Shown here in pieces: positions 1-13,133 of a DNA stretch of 64,000 nt. The DNA is taken from assembly GCA_951406725.2 (NCBI GenBank), contig OX597817.1, forward strand, positions 71,424,001 to 71,488,000, given 5' to 3'. The notes beneath the pieces are model-generated. The model searched no databases and was not told where the DNA came from. It saw only the letters and a program-made list of their open reading frames with translations. Source of the stretch: Octopus vulgaris. Taxonomy: Eukaryota. The position numbers and the translations under genes are program-made. Positions within the stretch are counted from its first letter, which is position 1. Every line of letters begins with the position of its first letter.

Positions 1-98
1 TCGACCTCGGCGGAATTTGAACTCAGAACGTAAAGTCAGACGAAATACGCTAAGCATATCGCCCGGTGTGCTAACGTTTCTGCTAGCTCTCCGCCTTC
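1..98 (-). mobile_element. tRNA-derived SINE family A (Meta/MESC-like core), 5' part
   Basis: Reverse complement of the family head AAGGCGG..AGCTAGCAGAAACGTTAGCAC..GAGTTCAAATTCCGCCGAGGTCGA seen in the full copies at 11252 and 28509. Confidence 0.8.
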
Positions 99-330
99 GA
101 GATCATAGATATTGAATGTACGACTGGATGATAAAGAATTGGAAAAGATTGAGAAGCATAAGGCACTAAAAGATGAGATTGCACGAATGTGTTTGTAGGA
201 GTATTAGGAGCATTAACAACCAGGTTTTGAGAAATTTGTTGGAAAAAGTGGGAAGCACATGAGAATAGAACATGCCTAGAAAACTGCTTTTATTGAGGAC
301 AGCAGGTTGTTGCTCACTCTTACAGAATTA
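99..330 (+). mobile_element. Decayed R4/Dong/NeSL-type non-LTR retrotransposon, restriction-like endonuclease C-terminus
   Basis: Broken frames give IIDIEC..KELEKIEKHKALKDEIARM and VLGAL, similar to the better-preserved copy at 8826-9400. Confidence 0.55.
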
Positions 331-487
331 GTGGGAGCAAGTGAAATCGAAAGCTCGGTGAGGGGAAATATATAAACTGCTATAACAATAATAATAATTA
401 CAGATGACGATTGCTGCTTCGTTACTAAGGGTGAGGCACGTTAACATTACATGATTTCACTAGGTCAGACAAATATTTTCCAATGTG

Positions 488-488
<1 letters not shown>

Positions 489-556
<68 letters not shown>

Positions 557-1106
557 TACACACCCACGCGCTATCATCAAATCACGCACTGCTACTGCCA
601 CCCGATGAAAGCCTGTATAACACTAGATCTCAAATAGACGTTTGACGTCAGTTGTCATTAAGAGATATCGTACACCACGTGAAAGAGAATTTTCGGTATT
701 GAATGACATCGGTGAATTATTACAATATTTGATCAATTATAAATCGATTTCTCTTTGAACTGATTCAGACAGTCTCCTCATCCTTTTGTGATATGTCGTT
801 CAATGTCTAATGAGATGCTATGCAAATCAGCAATAATAATACCAATATTGAAAACAACAGCATCAACATCAACATCAACATCAACGGTTGTGGCAACAAC
901 AAAAGTTATAACGGTGACCACGACAGATATAAATGACAAGCGGATAATAACGACAGCAACAAGTGGCCTTTCAAATCCTCGTAATATTCCAAGATTCATA
1001 CATATATATTAATCAACCTATTCATTTCTATGTCTGATTCTTCACACATACACACATAATACACACACACACAACAACAATAGGTATTATTATTATTATT
1101 ATTATT

Positions 1107-1138
<32 letters not shown>

Positions 1139-1286
1139 TATTATTATATGGATATTTGCATGTTTATATATGGGTGTATGTGTACGTGTATATGATGTTT
1201 CTGTGTGTTTATATATATATATCAATCTATATATATATAATATACACACTCACACACAAAGTGATACAGTAAGATGCATATACATG

Positions 1287-1340
<54 letters not shown>

Positions 1341-1536
1341 CATATATATATATACGCACACGCACACACATATATATACAAACATATATATGTATACATA
1401 TATATACACATATATATACATTTATATATGTGTATGTACTTAACTTTGTGTGTGTATATTATATATATTTCGACATTGTTTAGCATTTATGTGTTTACCT
1501 GTGTTCACACACACACATACATGCATACATACATAC

Positions 1537-1567
<31 letters not shown>

Positions 1568-1832
1568 CATACATACATACATACATACATACATACGTAC
1601 ATACATACATACATGCATGCATACATACATACATACATACATACATACATACATACATACATACATACATACATACATACATGCATGCATGCATGCATAC
1701 ATACATACATACATACATACATACATACATACATACATACATACATACATACATACATACATACATACATACATACATACATACATACATACATACATAC
1801 ATACATACATAAATACATACATACATACATAC
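489..1832. repeat. Compound microsatellite field: (CA)n, (ATT)n/(ATC)n, (TA)n, long (TACA)n
   Basis: Directly visible; it accounts for the HTHT/YIYI/MYVC ORFs. Confidence 0.95.
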
Positions 1833-2690
1833 AAAAGTCTCTCAGAGGATACAAGACACTGGAAACATTGCGTGTCTGCAGCGGGAATTGAACGCAATAT
1901 ACAGGTGGGCTGAGGAAAATAACATGCAGTCTAATGCCGGAAAATTCCAAACACTGCGCTACCAGCATGAGAAACTCAATGAAAAGCAGACAGGATGTAC
2001 TAACCCAAGAGAGACCGCGATTCATAAACCAAAATCAGTGCGCGAATTGGGCATCGACAAGTTGGCAAGAAAATGCAGACAGTTGGCTGGATTGATCTTT
2101 CGAACTTTCAGAACGAGAGAACAGGAAACCCTGATGGTCCATTTGTCCTCAGCCGTTTAAATTACAGCTCCCAGCTATGGTCACCACACAGTGTAAAATT
2201 AACGACGTAACTCGAAGCAATCCAGTGAAGCTACACAAAGAAGATCATCTCAATGCGACATGTCAGTTTTTGGGAGAGACTGACTAAGTTAAGACTCTAC
2301 TCCCTAGAACAAAGGCGGGAAAGATACGAAGTAATATATATCAGGAAAATCCTAGAACTGATACCAAACGTTGGCATTGTCAATTGCACAACCAACAGGA
2401 CGGGGCGTCACTGCATAGTGCCAAACATCCCAATATTGCCATCAAGGTACAGAATCAGACACTGCAACAGCTCTTTAATATCCGCCCACAAAGCCTAAGA
2501 GACCTACATGGGATCGATGTAGGTGTCCTCAAAACAACTCCAGGTCCCCTTCTGTCAAGAGCCCCGGATGAATCTACCTCGCGGCAAGTAACGCAGATGA
2601 GAGCAGCAACATCAAACTCCCTCATTGACCAAGTGTAGCGAAGCAAACGGTGATACCCAAGCATTGCCGCAGGTCTCGGACTGCAACTAG
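1833..2690 (+). mobile_element. 5'-truncated, frameshifted CR1/L2-group LINE (RT C-terminal region)
   Basis: WAEENNMQSNAGKFQ..RELGI..LIFRTFRTRE..SQLWSPH..FWERLTKLRLYSLEQRRERYEVIYIRKIL, typical of the CR1/L2-group RT C-terminus. Confidence 0.8.
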
Positions 2691-2894
2691 AAAAGGCATA
2701 AAAATCCATCCACCCATCCATACATACATATATACACACATACACACGCACACACACACACACACACACACACGCATACACACAAACACACACACGCCCG
2801 CACACAAATAACCACACGGACAGACACACACACACACAAGCAGGCACGCACACACACACACACACACACGCACACACAAACACACACACACATA

Positions 2895-2932
<38 letters not shown>

Positions 2933-2935
<3 letters not shown>

Positions 2936-3450
2936 CATAAGGGACTAAAGCCATCTGAATATGGCTAGGGACAGGGCAGGGTGGTGGGGGTGTTACTGTT
3001 GCATTTAGCCCCAGGCGAACATCGACGTCACCAGAAAGGCCCGACACCGTCACGGTGTTCTTAACCTGCAAAGGGAGGTAATTCCCCGATGAAGCGGAAA
3101 CCACACACGGACCATGGTTTCAAGGTGTATTGCCTATCGTCGGCGTGTGGTAGGCCTCCGCTTCCTCGACGAACTCTCACTCTGCAGGATATTCATATAT
3201 AGATTTTCAAGCAAAATACATTTGCTGATTTCGAAAATCTGTTCGAAAGCAATAATAATTCTCTAAAAGAGATATAGACAGTAACTGCTCGATAACATAA
3301 GGGACTAAAGCCATCTGAATATGGCTAGGGACAGGGCAGGGTGGTGGGGGTGTTACTGTTGCATTTAGCCTCAGGCGAACATCGACGTCACCAGAAAGGC
3401 CCGACACCGTCACGGTGTCCTTAACCTGCAAAGGGAGGTAATTCCCCGAT
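2933..3450. repeat. Direct duplication of a ~158-bp GC-rich unit with 360-bp period (2933-3090 and 3293-3450)
   Basis: TAACATAAGGGACTAAAGCC...GGGAGGTAATTCCCCGAT occurs twice with about two substitutions. Confidence 0.9.
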
Positions 3451-3483
3451 ATATATATATATATATTCGCATTGTGCATGTAT

Positions 3484-3535
<52 letters not shown>

Positions 3536-3979
3536 CAGATAGATAGACAGACATACACACACACGCCGGCACAGAAATAACTACACGGACAGACACACAC
3601 ACACAAGCAGGCACGCGCGCACACACACACACGTACGCACGCACACACACACACACACACACGCAAAAGTTATATCTATAAATAAGGTCTTCATTATGTT
3701 TCTGGGAGATGACGACATAGATATGTATATATGCATCTATTCCCTTTATCAGTAGGCTGGTGGAAAGAAGCGGTTCAACATTTTCTATTTCACATCCACC
3801 TGCAGCTGCCATAAAGCAAAATATGAAGTATATTATATGCAAAGACGAAATACAAATTTTCAACACAAAATTCCCAAAGATTAAATCATCTACATCAAAG
3901 TTTTCTCTAAATTTGAATTTTAAATTAAAATTTTAGAAATATCTTATTTTTAGAAATACTTTAATTTTAGAAATATCTT

Positions 3980-4419
3980 GTTTTTCACTTGTTTCAGTCT
4001 GCGGCCATACTGGAGTAGCGCCTTGAAGACTTTTAGTCGAATGAATAGATCTTCCCCCCAGTAATTTTTTTTTTCAACCTTTTTCGGTCTCTTTTACAGA
4101 ACCGCTAAGTTACGGGAACGTAAACACACGAACACCGGCTGTCAAGCAGTTACGGAGTGGGGCGACGAGCACAAACACAAAGACACATAGATACGATATA
4201 CTCTTTTACTCTTTTACTTGTTTCAGTCATTTGACTGCGGCCATGCTGGAGCACCGCCTTTAATCGAGCAACTCGACCCCGGGACTTATTCTTTTGTAAG
4301 CCCAGTACTTATGCTATCGGTCTCTTTTGCCGAACCGCTAAGTAACGGGGACATAAACACACCAGCATCGGTTGTCAAGCAATGCTAGGAGGACAAACAC
4401 AGACACACAAACACACACA

Positions 4420-4480
<61 letters not shown>

Positions 4481-4590
4481 GACAGGCTTCTTTTCAGTTT
4501 CCGTCTACCAAATCCACTCACAAGGCTTTGGTCGGCCCGAGGCCATAGTAGAAGACACTTGCCCAAGGTGCCACGCAGTGGGACTGAACC
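3980..4590 (-). mobile_element. Two adjacent copies of tRNA-derived SINE family B with internal (CA)/(TA) microsatellite
   Basis: CTTTTACTTGTTTCAGTCATTTGACTGCGGCCATGCTGGAGCACCGCC...CCAAGGTGCCACGCAGTGGGACTGAACC matches the full copy at 58601-58996. Confidence 0.85.
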
Positions 4591-4599
4591 AAAAAAAAG

Positions 4600-4790
4600 T
4601 AAACTAAGTTGGCATCTCAACGACTGTAATAAACAATTCCCTTATGATAATGGTAAATCTTTCTGCTCTCTTTGTACGGACGACGAATTTTTTATCCATT
4701 TTTCCAAACAAACATTTGTTAACACCTATAAACAAAGTGTTTACAGGTGTTTACATTGGAAAAAACACTTTCAGCCATTTCAAATAATAT
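4600..4790 (+). mobile_element. Penelope-like element relic (C-terminal Cys/His region after GIY-YIG)
   Basis: PYDNGKSFCSLCTDDEFFI...RCLHWKK resembles the PY..C.LC..EK..I...C.H terminal motif of Penelope-like ORFs. Confidence 0.5.
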
Positions 4791-5037
4791 CTGCTCCCTT
4801 TTACCTAATAACATCAGTAACTTTCACTTTATTAATTTCAATCCATACATCCCATTCGTTTCTTTAACATTTCTATCCATCTGTCATTCACCTTTCTATT
4901 TGGTTAGTCCTTCATTACTTCTTTATTTTCCTTTCTCTCTTTCTTCTCTTCCGCTCTCGTCTTATGACGTCAAATTTCTTAACGGCTTTTAAAAGTTACT
5001 AGCGTTCTCTATCCACCTTTTGCTTTTTTATATATTA

Positions 5038-5550
5038 CTAGCAGTATCGCCCGGCGTTGCTCGGGTTTGTAAAGGAAATAACTATATAAGCATTTTTAGA
5101 GAGTTACTTCCCTTATAGATGCCAATTCGGGCTTTCTTAGCCATTTCTGTTTTGGTGTCTTGAAGCCATGAAGTCGTTGTTCTAAAAGAACGCTGGTCTC
5201 CTTGACAACGCTTTACGACGTTGATTTCCTTACACTCCCTTCCCCACAGCTTCACGAGGGAGAGAAGAAGGGGGAGAAGCAAACAGGTGCAGGTGTGACC
5301 ATGGACGCCAACTCCGCCGCCATCGACACACGAAAAATTATGCATTAAAATGGAATAAAAAATGATGTTAAATTATTTTTAAAATCGTAGACTCATCGTA
5401 GACGCGCGCTAATACTCAGACGGGCTCGATATGAATCACGACTATAAGATACCCGAATTTGGTTAAACTGCACCGCAAAATGTGGGAGTAGTTAGGAATC
5501 TAAATCGAAGGAGACAGACACTCACACAACTACAGTTTTATATATATAGA
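5038..5550 (-). mobile_element. Non-autonomous Helitron
   Basis: On the - strand it starts TCTATATATA (5550) and ends with the hairpin CCCGAGCAACGCCGGG followed by ..CTAG (5038). It sits between A and T with no TSD. Confidence 0.8.
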
Positions 5551-5871
5551 TAATTTCTTACGTTTGTAAAAAAGGCTTTTTAATGAGCACTGTTATTTAT
5601 AATCTCCTCTCTGATAAGATCGATACATTATTCCACATTATTTTTCCTCCCGATTTAATTTTAATGTATTCATCGAAACATATGTCGGTGATATAAATGA
5701 TTAAAATAACATCTTGTGTGTTTGTCTCCATTTACCATTTGTCTTATAGTCACCAAAACACGTCTCACTTCTTCTTGGTATTATTACCCTTATACGTGTG
5801 GTTGCTAATATTTAAAAGTGCGTATGTGACATTTGGCTACCCTGGTAACTATTTCTCCGGATCTTTCATTA

Positions 5872-5936
<65 letters not shown>

Positions 5937-6504
5937 TATACCTTCGCTGGTTTTTCAGTTCAGGATATCTATATATACATATGTATATTGTACACTTATA
6001 TGCATGTTTTTATGTATGTATCTATGTATGTATGTGTCCGTGAATGTCCATATCCATATATGTATTTAAGTAACTATGTATATCACAAGCTAGTTGTCAT
6101 ATTCCCTTTCAATGAAACCAAAACTTCACTTTGTAAACCTCACCTAATAAAAGCACTTACACGCGGACGTACGCATGCTCAGACACACTTATATATACAC
6201 ATGCATTACATATATATATAGAGAGAGAGAGGTGGGAGAGGGGCAAAGAGAGAGGGGGCGAGAGAGGGGGAGAGAGAGAGTTATTGAGTCACTATAAATG
6301 GGGGTTGACTATGTCTAAGTTTTGCCACGCAAACTTAATAAAAATGAAAAGTTTCAGAAAATATTTCGAGCGAGGAGAAATTTCTTTATGCTAGATGAGT
6401 TGAAAATTAGAGTCATACATACATACATACATACATACATACATACATACATACATACATACATACATACATACATACATACATACATACATACATACAT
6501 ACAT

Positions 6505-6558
<54 letters not shown>

Positions 6559-7655
6559 TGATTAACAGGTACGTAGGTGTGTCTACAGATATACCAATAG
6601 ATACGCAGATAGAGATACATCAATAGATTTACCAACAAATTTGTAACTGAACTGAAATGAAATGAAAAGAAAGGAAAATAATCTCAATTGGACCGAGTTT
6701 TGGTGTTAGTTGGACCGCAAAGCGTATAGTTTGATTATATGTATATGAATCAGTTTTATCATTTTAATTCATATTTTATTTCCTTAAGCTATAAAGTACA
6801 TCGTATCTGTGAAACATATCAAAAGAAGGTATATAAGCAATATCTTCTAAGTTCATTTCGGTTATATCTAAAAGTACAGTTTTGATAAAATGGTGGTATT
6901 TCAAAAGAATTTTTTGAATATCCTCGCTTTTTTTTAAAAGTATTAATGTTTTCAAATATACCGATTCGCACTGTGCAATTTTCACTAGTCTCGCTAGTAG
7001 TAGATAATTTGCAGAGAAATGTGGTTTAATTATTAGATATTATGTATATATGACCCGTACTTATACTTGACACTTAAAGGTCATTAAAGATCATTTAAAC
7101 TTAATCCTCATTTAAATTTGAAAGAAGTGGGAAGTCATGGTGGAAGGGGTATGCCAAAATATGTATGTGTATGTGTGTGTGTGTGCTGTTTACTATATAG
7201 ATATGTGTATATGTAGTACGTAAAGGTTTTTTTTATTATTAGTATGGCGATTTGGCTGTGTACGTATTAGTAGTAGAAATTCAAAAATTTTATAGTAAAA
7301 AATAGTAGGAACGTCTAAAATAAAATATAGGACAAAACAGAATGAATCTAAGGTTGAAATGTTAAAACCGGAATCCCTGTATAGGTACTCTAAAAAAAAA
7401 CAAGAATTGAAATTAAACAAAAATAAAGTTAAATATAATTCCATGTACATGACCGAATATACATACATGCTGGCATATGCATTACTCCCCTGGTCATTTA
7501 CAGATTTTATATTTACGCATGCGCACATACACACACATAGACACACATACACATACACACGCATACACACACCTGCACATGCAAACACATACACCCCATC
7601 TCTTCTATGTTGACTCCTCGACAGTCTTACGTACAGCTGCACACTCACACTCAAA

Positions 7656-8688
7656 CGAGATGGTATCAAAAAGTTCCCGGACTAGTTCTGTAGCACACCA
7701 ACTGTTGGCAGCACGCGGTCGCGTGCGCCATGTGACCTAGTAGTGACCTTCATAAGACAATGTGTCGAGTGACATCTCTGTGTATGCTGCAGTCTGCGTT
7801 CTTGTTATGGACAAAAATCCAACATGAAATTTTGCGTTAAACTTGGGAAGTCTGCTACAGAGACATTGAGCATGATTCAGCAAGCTTACGACGATGTGAC
7901 AGTGGGTCGTACGCAATCTTTCGTGGCACGGGTGCTTCAAAAGCGGAAGAACGCTTCTGAAAGACGATGAGCAATCTGAAAGACCTGTCACAAGAGTCAC
8001 CGCCGGAAATGTGGAGGAAATTCATCAGCTTTTACATGAGGATCATGGGAGGACAATCAACGAGATTGCTGATGTTTTTGGTCTGTCGTGTGAGTCCGTG
8101 CAAGCAAATCTAATGTCTGAATTGAACATGCGGCGTGCTAAGTCTGTACCCCGCCTGCTGAGCAGAAACAGCATCGCGTCGAAGTCTGTCAAGATCTCCG
8201 CCAGTGTGCCGCTGATGACCCATCATTCATGTCGGGGATCATTACCGGTGACAAGAGTTGGGTCTACGAGTACGACCCTGAGACGGAACACCAGTCATCA
8301 CAATGGAAGAGCCCTTAATCTCCACGACCGAAGAAGGCACACCAAAGCCGCAGCACAATCAAGAGCGTGTTCATCGTTTTTTTTTTTTTTCTTTTCGACA
8401 TCCGCGGTATACAATTCATCCCCCAGGGCCAGACTAGCAATCGAGAGTTCTACTGTGACGTTTTGAAGTGTTTGAGGGAAGACAAGAGCGAAGAATTAGA
8501 TTCTTCACGGCGATAATGCACCCTGTCACCGAGCTCTCCTCACTCGTGAGTTTCTCGCCAAAAACAACAAGGTATCCGCCCTATTCCCCAAGATCAAAAT
8601 GCAACTCAAAGATCGCTGTTTTCACACGGTTGTCGAGGTTCAGAGCGAATCGCAGAAGACCCTCGACTCACTTACGGAAAACGATTTC
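7656..8688 (+). mobile_element. Decayed mariner (DD34D-type) DNA transposon
   Basis: TIR CGAGATGGTATCAAAAAGTTCCCGGACT; fragments KFCVKLGKSATET, RTINEIAD, ITGDKSWVYEYDPET, H.DNAPCH, PPYSP; many frameshifts. Confidence 0.85.
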
Positions 8689-8825
8689 AAGTACCATTTG
8701 AGTACTGAGGTCGCTCTAATCAATTTACCTCCTGCCCCGAAATTTCTGGCCTTGTGCCAAACTTCAAGTTATTATTTTATGAAAACACATAACTTATTTT
8801 GTTGGGTATCATGGAAAGTGACAGT

Positions 8826-9400
8826 TGTCCACAGCTAGCAGACTAATGCTGATTTTTTTTAGGTGTTCTACCTTCACACTTGCACCAATCTTTTTCAGCC
8901 ATGCTGGTAGTTGAGTGCTGATACTTCCAACTGCACCAATTACTATTGGTATTACATCTATTCTCTTCATTGACCACAACCTTCGTATTTCCTGCTTCAA
9001 ATCATCATAGTTGTTCATTTTCTTCTTCTTTCACATTGATTCTGTTGTCACAGGGGCATACTATGTTGATTATCATACATGTTCTTTCTTTTTTATTCAC
9101 CACAACAATGTCCGGTTTCCCATGTCTGGTCGGGTGATCGCAATGGATCATTGCATCCCACAGGATTTTGCAATTTTCTTTTTCGGTGACTCCTTCTGGA
9201 GTTTGTTCATACCATGTCCTTGTTCTTTGTAGACCATTATTTCCCCAGAGCTCCCAATGGATCATTCTTGCCACATTGTCATGGCGTCTTTTGTATTCGC
9301 GTTGTGCCAATTTCAGGCATTCACTAACGATGTGCCATGCCGTTCCACCCCTCTCACCACTCTTTCCGCGTTTGTCGCTATCGGTAGAGTTGTCTATTCT
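8826..9400 (-). mobile_element. R4/Dong-type non-LTR retrotransposon fragment (CCHC knuckle plus PD-(D/E)xK endonuclease), frameshifted
   Basis: HIVSEC..YKRRHDNVARMIHW..KILWD..KPDIVVVNKKERTCMII..YDDLKQEIRRLWSMKRIDVIPIVIGAVGSI. Confidence 0.85.
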
Positions 9401-9794
9401 GCACTTCATTATCATCATGATCATCATGATCATGATCATCATTATTATTATTATTGTTATTATTATTATTTAATGATTTATTTCATCCCGTTACTTATCT
9501 GTTTCACCTCGTTTTACTTTTATACTTACACTTTGAGGATCACTGTACTCATTCCCATGGAATATTGATATCAAATAAGCATCATCAGCGCCCTTGGGTT
9601 AACAAGGATTCTTCTCGTATCCATTTGATTCGCTTGTTATTGATCTCATCCTTCTCATTTGCTATGCTCCACAAATAAGTTTGCGGGTAGAGATTTCTCA
9701 AAAGTATTTTCAATTTTACGAACAGATTTGTATATTTATCGTTAAAAAATCCAGTTATATTTTAAACCTAAGCACCAATTCATAATTTTTAATG

Positions 9795-10545
9795 TTTATT
9801 GTTGTCGTTGGTGATGGTAGCGATGGTTGTGGTAATGATGGTGTTGATTCTGATGATGGTGGTGACGGTGGTGCTGGTGGTGGCGGTGGTGATGATTGTG
9901 GTTATAGTGATGATGATAGTAGTGGTGATGGTGTGGTGGTGTTGATGGTGATGGTGGTGGTGGTGGTGGTTTTGGTAATCGTGGTTCTGATGGTGATAAT
10001 AGCGATGATAGTGATGGTGAGGTGATGATGGTGATGGTGATGATAGTGGTGGTGGTGGTGATGGTCATGGTGATGGTAGTGGTGGTAGTGATGGTGATGG
10101 TGATGGAGGTTCTGATGGTGACGGTGGTGGTAATGGTGATAGTGTTGCTGATGGTTGTGCAGTGGCGTTGTTTTCAGTGACGATGATGGTGATGACGATG
10201 ATGATGATGACGATGATGATGATGACGATGATGATGATTATGATAATGTTGCAGGTGGTGGTAGTGGTGATGGTGATGTTGTTGGTAATGGAGTTGATGT
10301 TCGTGACGTTGTTGTTGGTGATTGTGGTGGTTGTGATGATAGTGGTGATGGTGGTGGCATTGTTGATGATGATGATGATGATGATTTTGCTGATGTTGGT
10401 GGTTGTTGCCGTTGGTGTTGTTTTTACTGGTATTGTGATTGCTGGTGGCGGTGGAATGATGGTGGTACTATTGTTGTTAGTGTTGTTGTTGTTGTATGTG
10501 GTGCTATTGGTGGTGCTGCTGTTGTTGTCAGCAAACCTTATTATC
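9795..10545. repeat. Degenerate (GGT/GAT/GTT)n trinucleotide low-complexity block
   Basis: Directly visible; it produces spurious poly-D/G/V/M/T/H ORFs in all frames. Confidence 0.9.
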
Positions 10546-10619
10546 AGTAGCATTCTATCCATGATCATTCCGTCTTTCACTCTGTGTTAATGTATCTAAA
10601 ACTAGATTATCCAATTTGT

Positions 10620-11230
10620 CATTCCTTTCTATTAAGATGGTTGGATGTGATTAAGAGAAAGTGAAAGAAAAATACCCAGAAAATGATTTATTCATTAATT
10701 TTGGCAAAAAGTGAATCGATAATCACCTGATGAACATAATGATCACAATAATCCTCTAATAATAATTAATAATCACACTGTCAAAGTGGTGTATGAGTTC
10801 TGATGTCATGGAGGTATTATTACAAATCAATGTGATGGTGGCAAAGAGATAAAAAGAGGAACTGCCATAACAAAATCTGCTGTAATCTTTTTAAACCGCA
10901 TTTGGAAAAGAAAACAAAATCTAAAGACGAAGTTGATGTAGCTGTACACTTTGATATTTCGGATTGTAATGCTTGGATCTGAAAGCTGATGGGAGAAGAT
11001 AGATAGCTTCTATGTTTGATGTTATAGAAAAAATACTCGGGATTAGCTGAATTGAAAACAAAGAACAAATTTGTGTGTGTTGAAAAACAGTGAGATTGAG
11101 TTGAAATGAACAATAAAACCTTATGTATTTTGAATTTGTCGTAAGAACTCATAGTCGACAAAAATTATTGGTCAGAGGAAAAGTCCCTGGGAAAATGCCG
11201 TAAGAAAGCACTAGAGGAGAAAAAAAACAG
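10620..11230 (+). mobile_element. Decayed RTE-clade LINE (RT C-terminus)
   Basis: CDGGKEIKRG.AITKSA...NRIWKRK.NLKTKL..TLIF...GSES and KILGIS match the RTE consensus EIKRRIA.AKSA..IWK..SLKTK..YGSETW..ILGIS. Confidence 0.65.
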
Positions 11231-11251
11231 AGTATATAGATCAGTCACGGG

Positions 11252-11485
11252 TAAGGCGGCGAGCTGGCAGAAACGTTAGCACGCCGGGCGACCTGCGTAG
11301 CCGTATTTCGTCTGTCGTTACGTTCCGAGTTCAAATTCCGTCGAGGTCGACTTTGCCTTTCATCATTTCGGGGTCGATAAATTAAGTACCAGTTACATAC
11401 TGGGGTCGATGTAATCGACTTAATCCCTTTGTCTGTTCTTGTTTGTCCCCTCTGTGTTTAGCCCCTTGTGGGTAGTAAAGAAATA
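11252..11485 (+). mobile_element. Full-length SINE family A with 19-bp target-site duplication
   Basis: tRNA-like head (A box TGGCAGAAACG, B box GAGTTCAAATTCC), core GCCTTTCATC.TTTCGGGGTCGATAAATTAAGTACCAG; TSD TATATAGATCAGTCACGGG at 11233-11251 and 11486-11504. Confidence 0.9.
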
Positions 11486-11799
11486 TATATAGATCAGTCA
11501 CGGGCAAACTGTGGCTCGTAGAGCTTTCTGAATGGCACACCTAACAAAAAATTATCTTCAACTTTTTATAGTAATACGGTCCGTCTGAGGATTAGCTGTC
11601 TCATGCGGCCCTCTTTTCGATAAAGGCTGCCCGTGTCTGATATACATAAATACAGAAAAATCGTCAGACGAACCACCCTCACATTCAAAGAGATGGAAAT
11701 TGTAGATGATGATGACGATGCTAATTCTGGCTGGTTAGTTCTGTTAAAAATTTCTGTGTAGCTAGGAAAAAGACAACAGTATATATGTGTATGTATGAT

Positions 11800-12163
11800 G
11801 GATGGAAGCACTCCGTCGGTTACGACGACGAGGGTTCCGGTTGATCCGATTAACGGAACAGCTTGCTCGTGAAATTAACGGACACGTGTACCACAGACAC
11901 GTGTACCCTTAACGTAGTTCTCGGGGATATTCAGCGTGACACAGAGAGTGACAAGGCCGGCCCTTTGAAATACAGGTACAACAGAAACAGGAAGTAAGAG
12001 TGAGAGAAAGTTGTGATGAAAAAGTACACCATCTCTGCCGGAGCCTCGTGGAACTTTAGGTGTTTTCGCTCAATAAACACTCATAACGCCCAGTCTGGGA
12101 ATCGAAACCGCGATCCTACGACCGCGAGTCCGCTGCCCTAACCACTGGGCGATTGCGCCTCAA
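11800..12163 (-). mobile_element. tRNA-derived SINE family D
   Basis: - strand head GAGGCGCAATCGCCCAGTGGTTAGGGCAGCGGACTCGCGGTCGTAGGATCGCGGTTTCGATTCCC; related decayed copy at about 43850-44140. Confidence 0.8.
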
Positions 12164-12899
12164 CGTGTATGTATGAATATGTTCACATACGCACTATATA
12201 TGTATAATAGTAGTTTGACTCAGTTCCATGTGACTTAAAGTTTGGTAGGTGCGAAGGACATGTCCTCCTTAACAGCTATCTGATGGAATAATTGTGTTCT
12301 ACGCGCCCACGAAACTTTAAAGTTATTTGAAGATGAGTCAAACTGTTGTTAAAGATATATATATGTATCTCCTACCAAATGTGTTGAATGCCAAAAAAAC
12401 AAACAAACAAAAGAAAGCAGCATGCTACACATTTCGTGAAACATACATACATGCATGCATACATACATACATACATACATACATACATGCATGCATGCAT
12501 GCATGTATACATACATACATACATACATACATACATACATACATACATACATACATACATACATAAGTACGATTCAACACTGCATATCTAAGTATGCCGG
12601 GTAGCCGACGGCGAAATGGAGACATTGTATAACTGAGGCGACGCATCGAGCTTAGTCGAGCTTGGTCGCTCTACAGCCTGTCCGCCCGCCACAGAACTGT
12701 TTGACATGAGCTGAACTTAGAATATATATCATCATCATCATCATCATCATCATTGTCATCATAATCATCATCATCATCATCATCGTCATCATCATCATCA
12801 CCACCACCACCACCACCACCACCACCACCACCACCACCACCACCACCATCATCATCAACAACAGCAACAACAATATTAACTCATGCAATGCATTAACAT

Positions 12900-13133
12900 G
12901 TGGAGGCGCGTGGCTTAGTGGTTAGGGTGTCAGCATCATGATCGTAAGATTGTGGTTTCGATTCCTGGACCGGGCGACGCGTTGTGTTCTTGAGCAAAAC
13001 ACTTCATTTCACGTTGTTCCAGTCCACTCAGCTGGCAAAAATGGGTAGCGCTGCGATGGACTGGCGTCCCGTCCAGCTGGGAAACCGGGCCCATGAGCTT
13101 GGCTAGGCTTTAAAAGGGCGCATTTATTTTTTT
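12900..13133 (+). mobile_element. tRNA-derived SINE with 13-bp TSD
   Basis: Head GGAGGCGCGTGGCTTAGTGGTTAGGG..GGTTTCGATTCCTGG, core GTGTTCTTGAGCAAAACACTT; AATGCATTAACAT lies on both sides. Confidence 0.8.

Noticed and set aside
3084-3125. CCGATGA-AGCG-GAAAC as a hammerhead core
   Set aside because: The core has C in place of U, there is no stem II, and no stem I partner follows the putative cleavage site.
3160-3180. TCCTCG as the L3 loop of an HDV-like ribozyme
   Set aside because: No P3, P1 or P2 pairing could be built around it.
11252-12970. tRNA genes
   Set aside because: The A/B-box sequences are SINE heads continuing into repeat bodies with TSDs; no complete cloverleaf.
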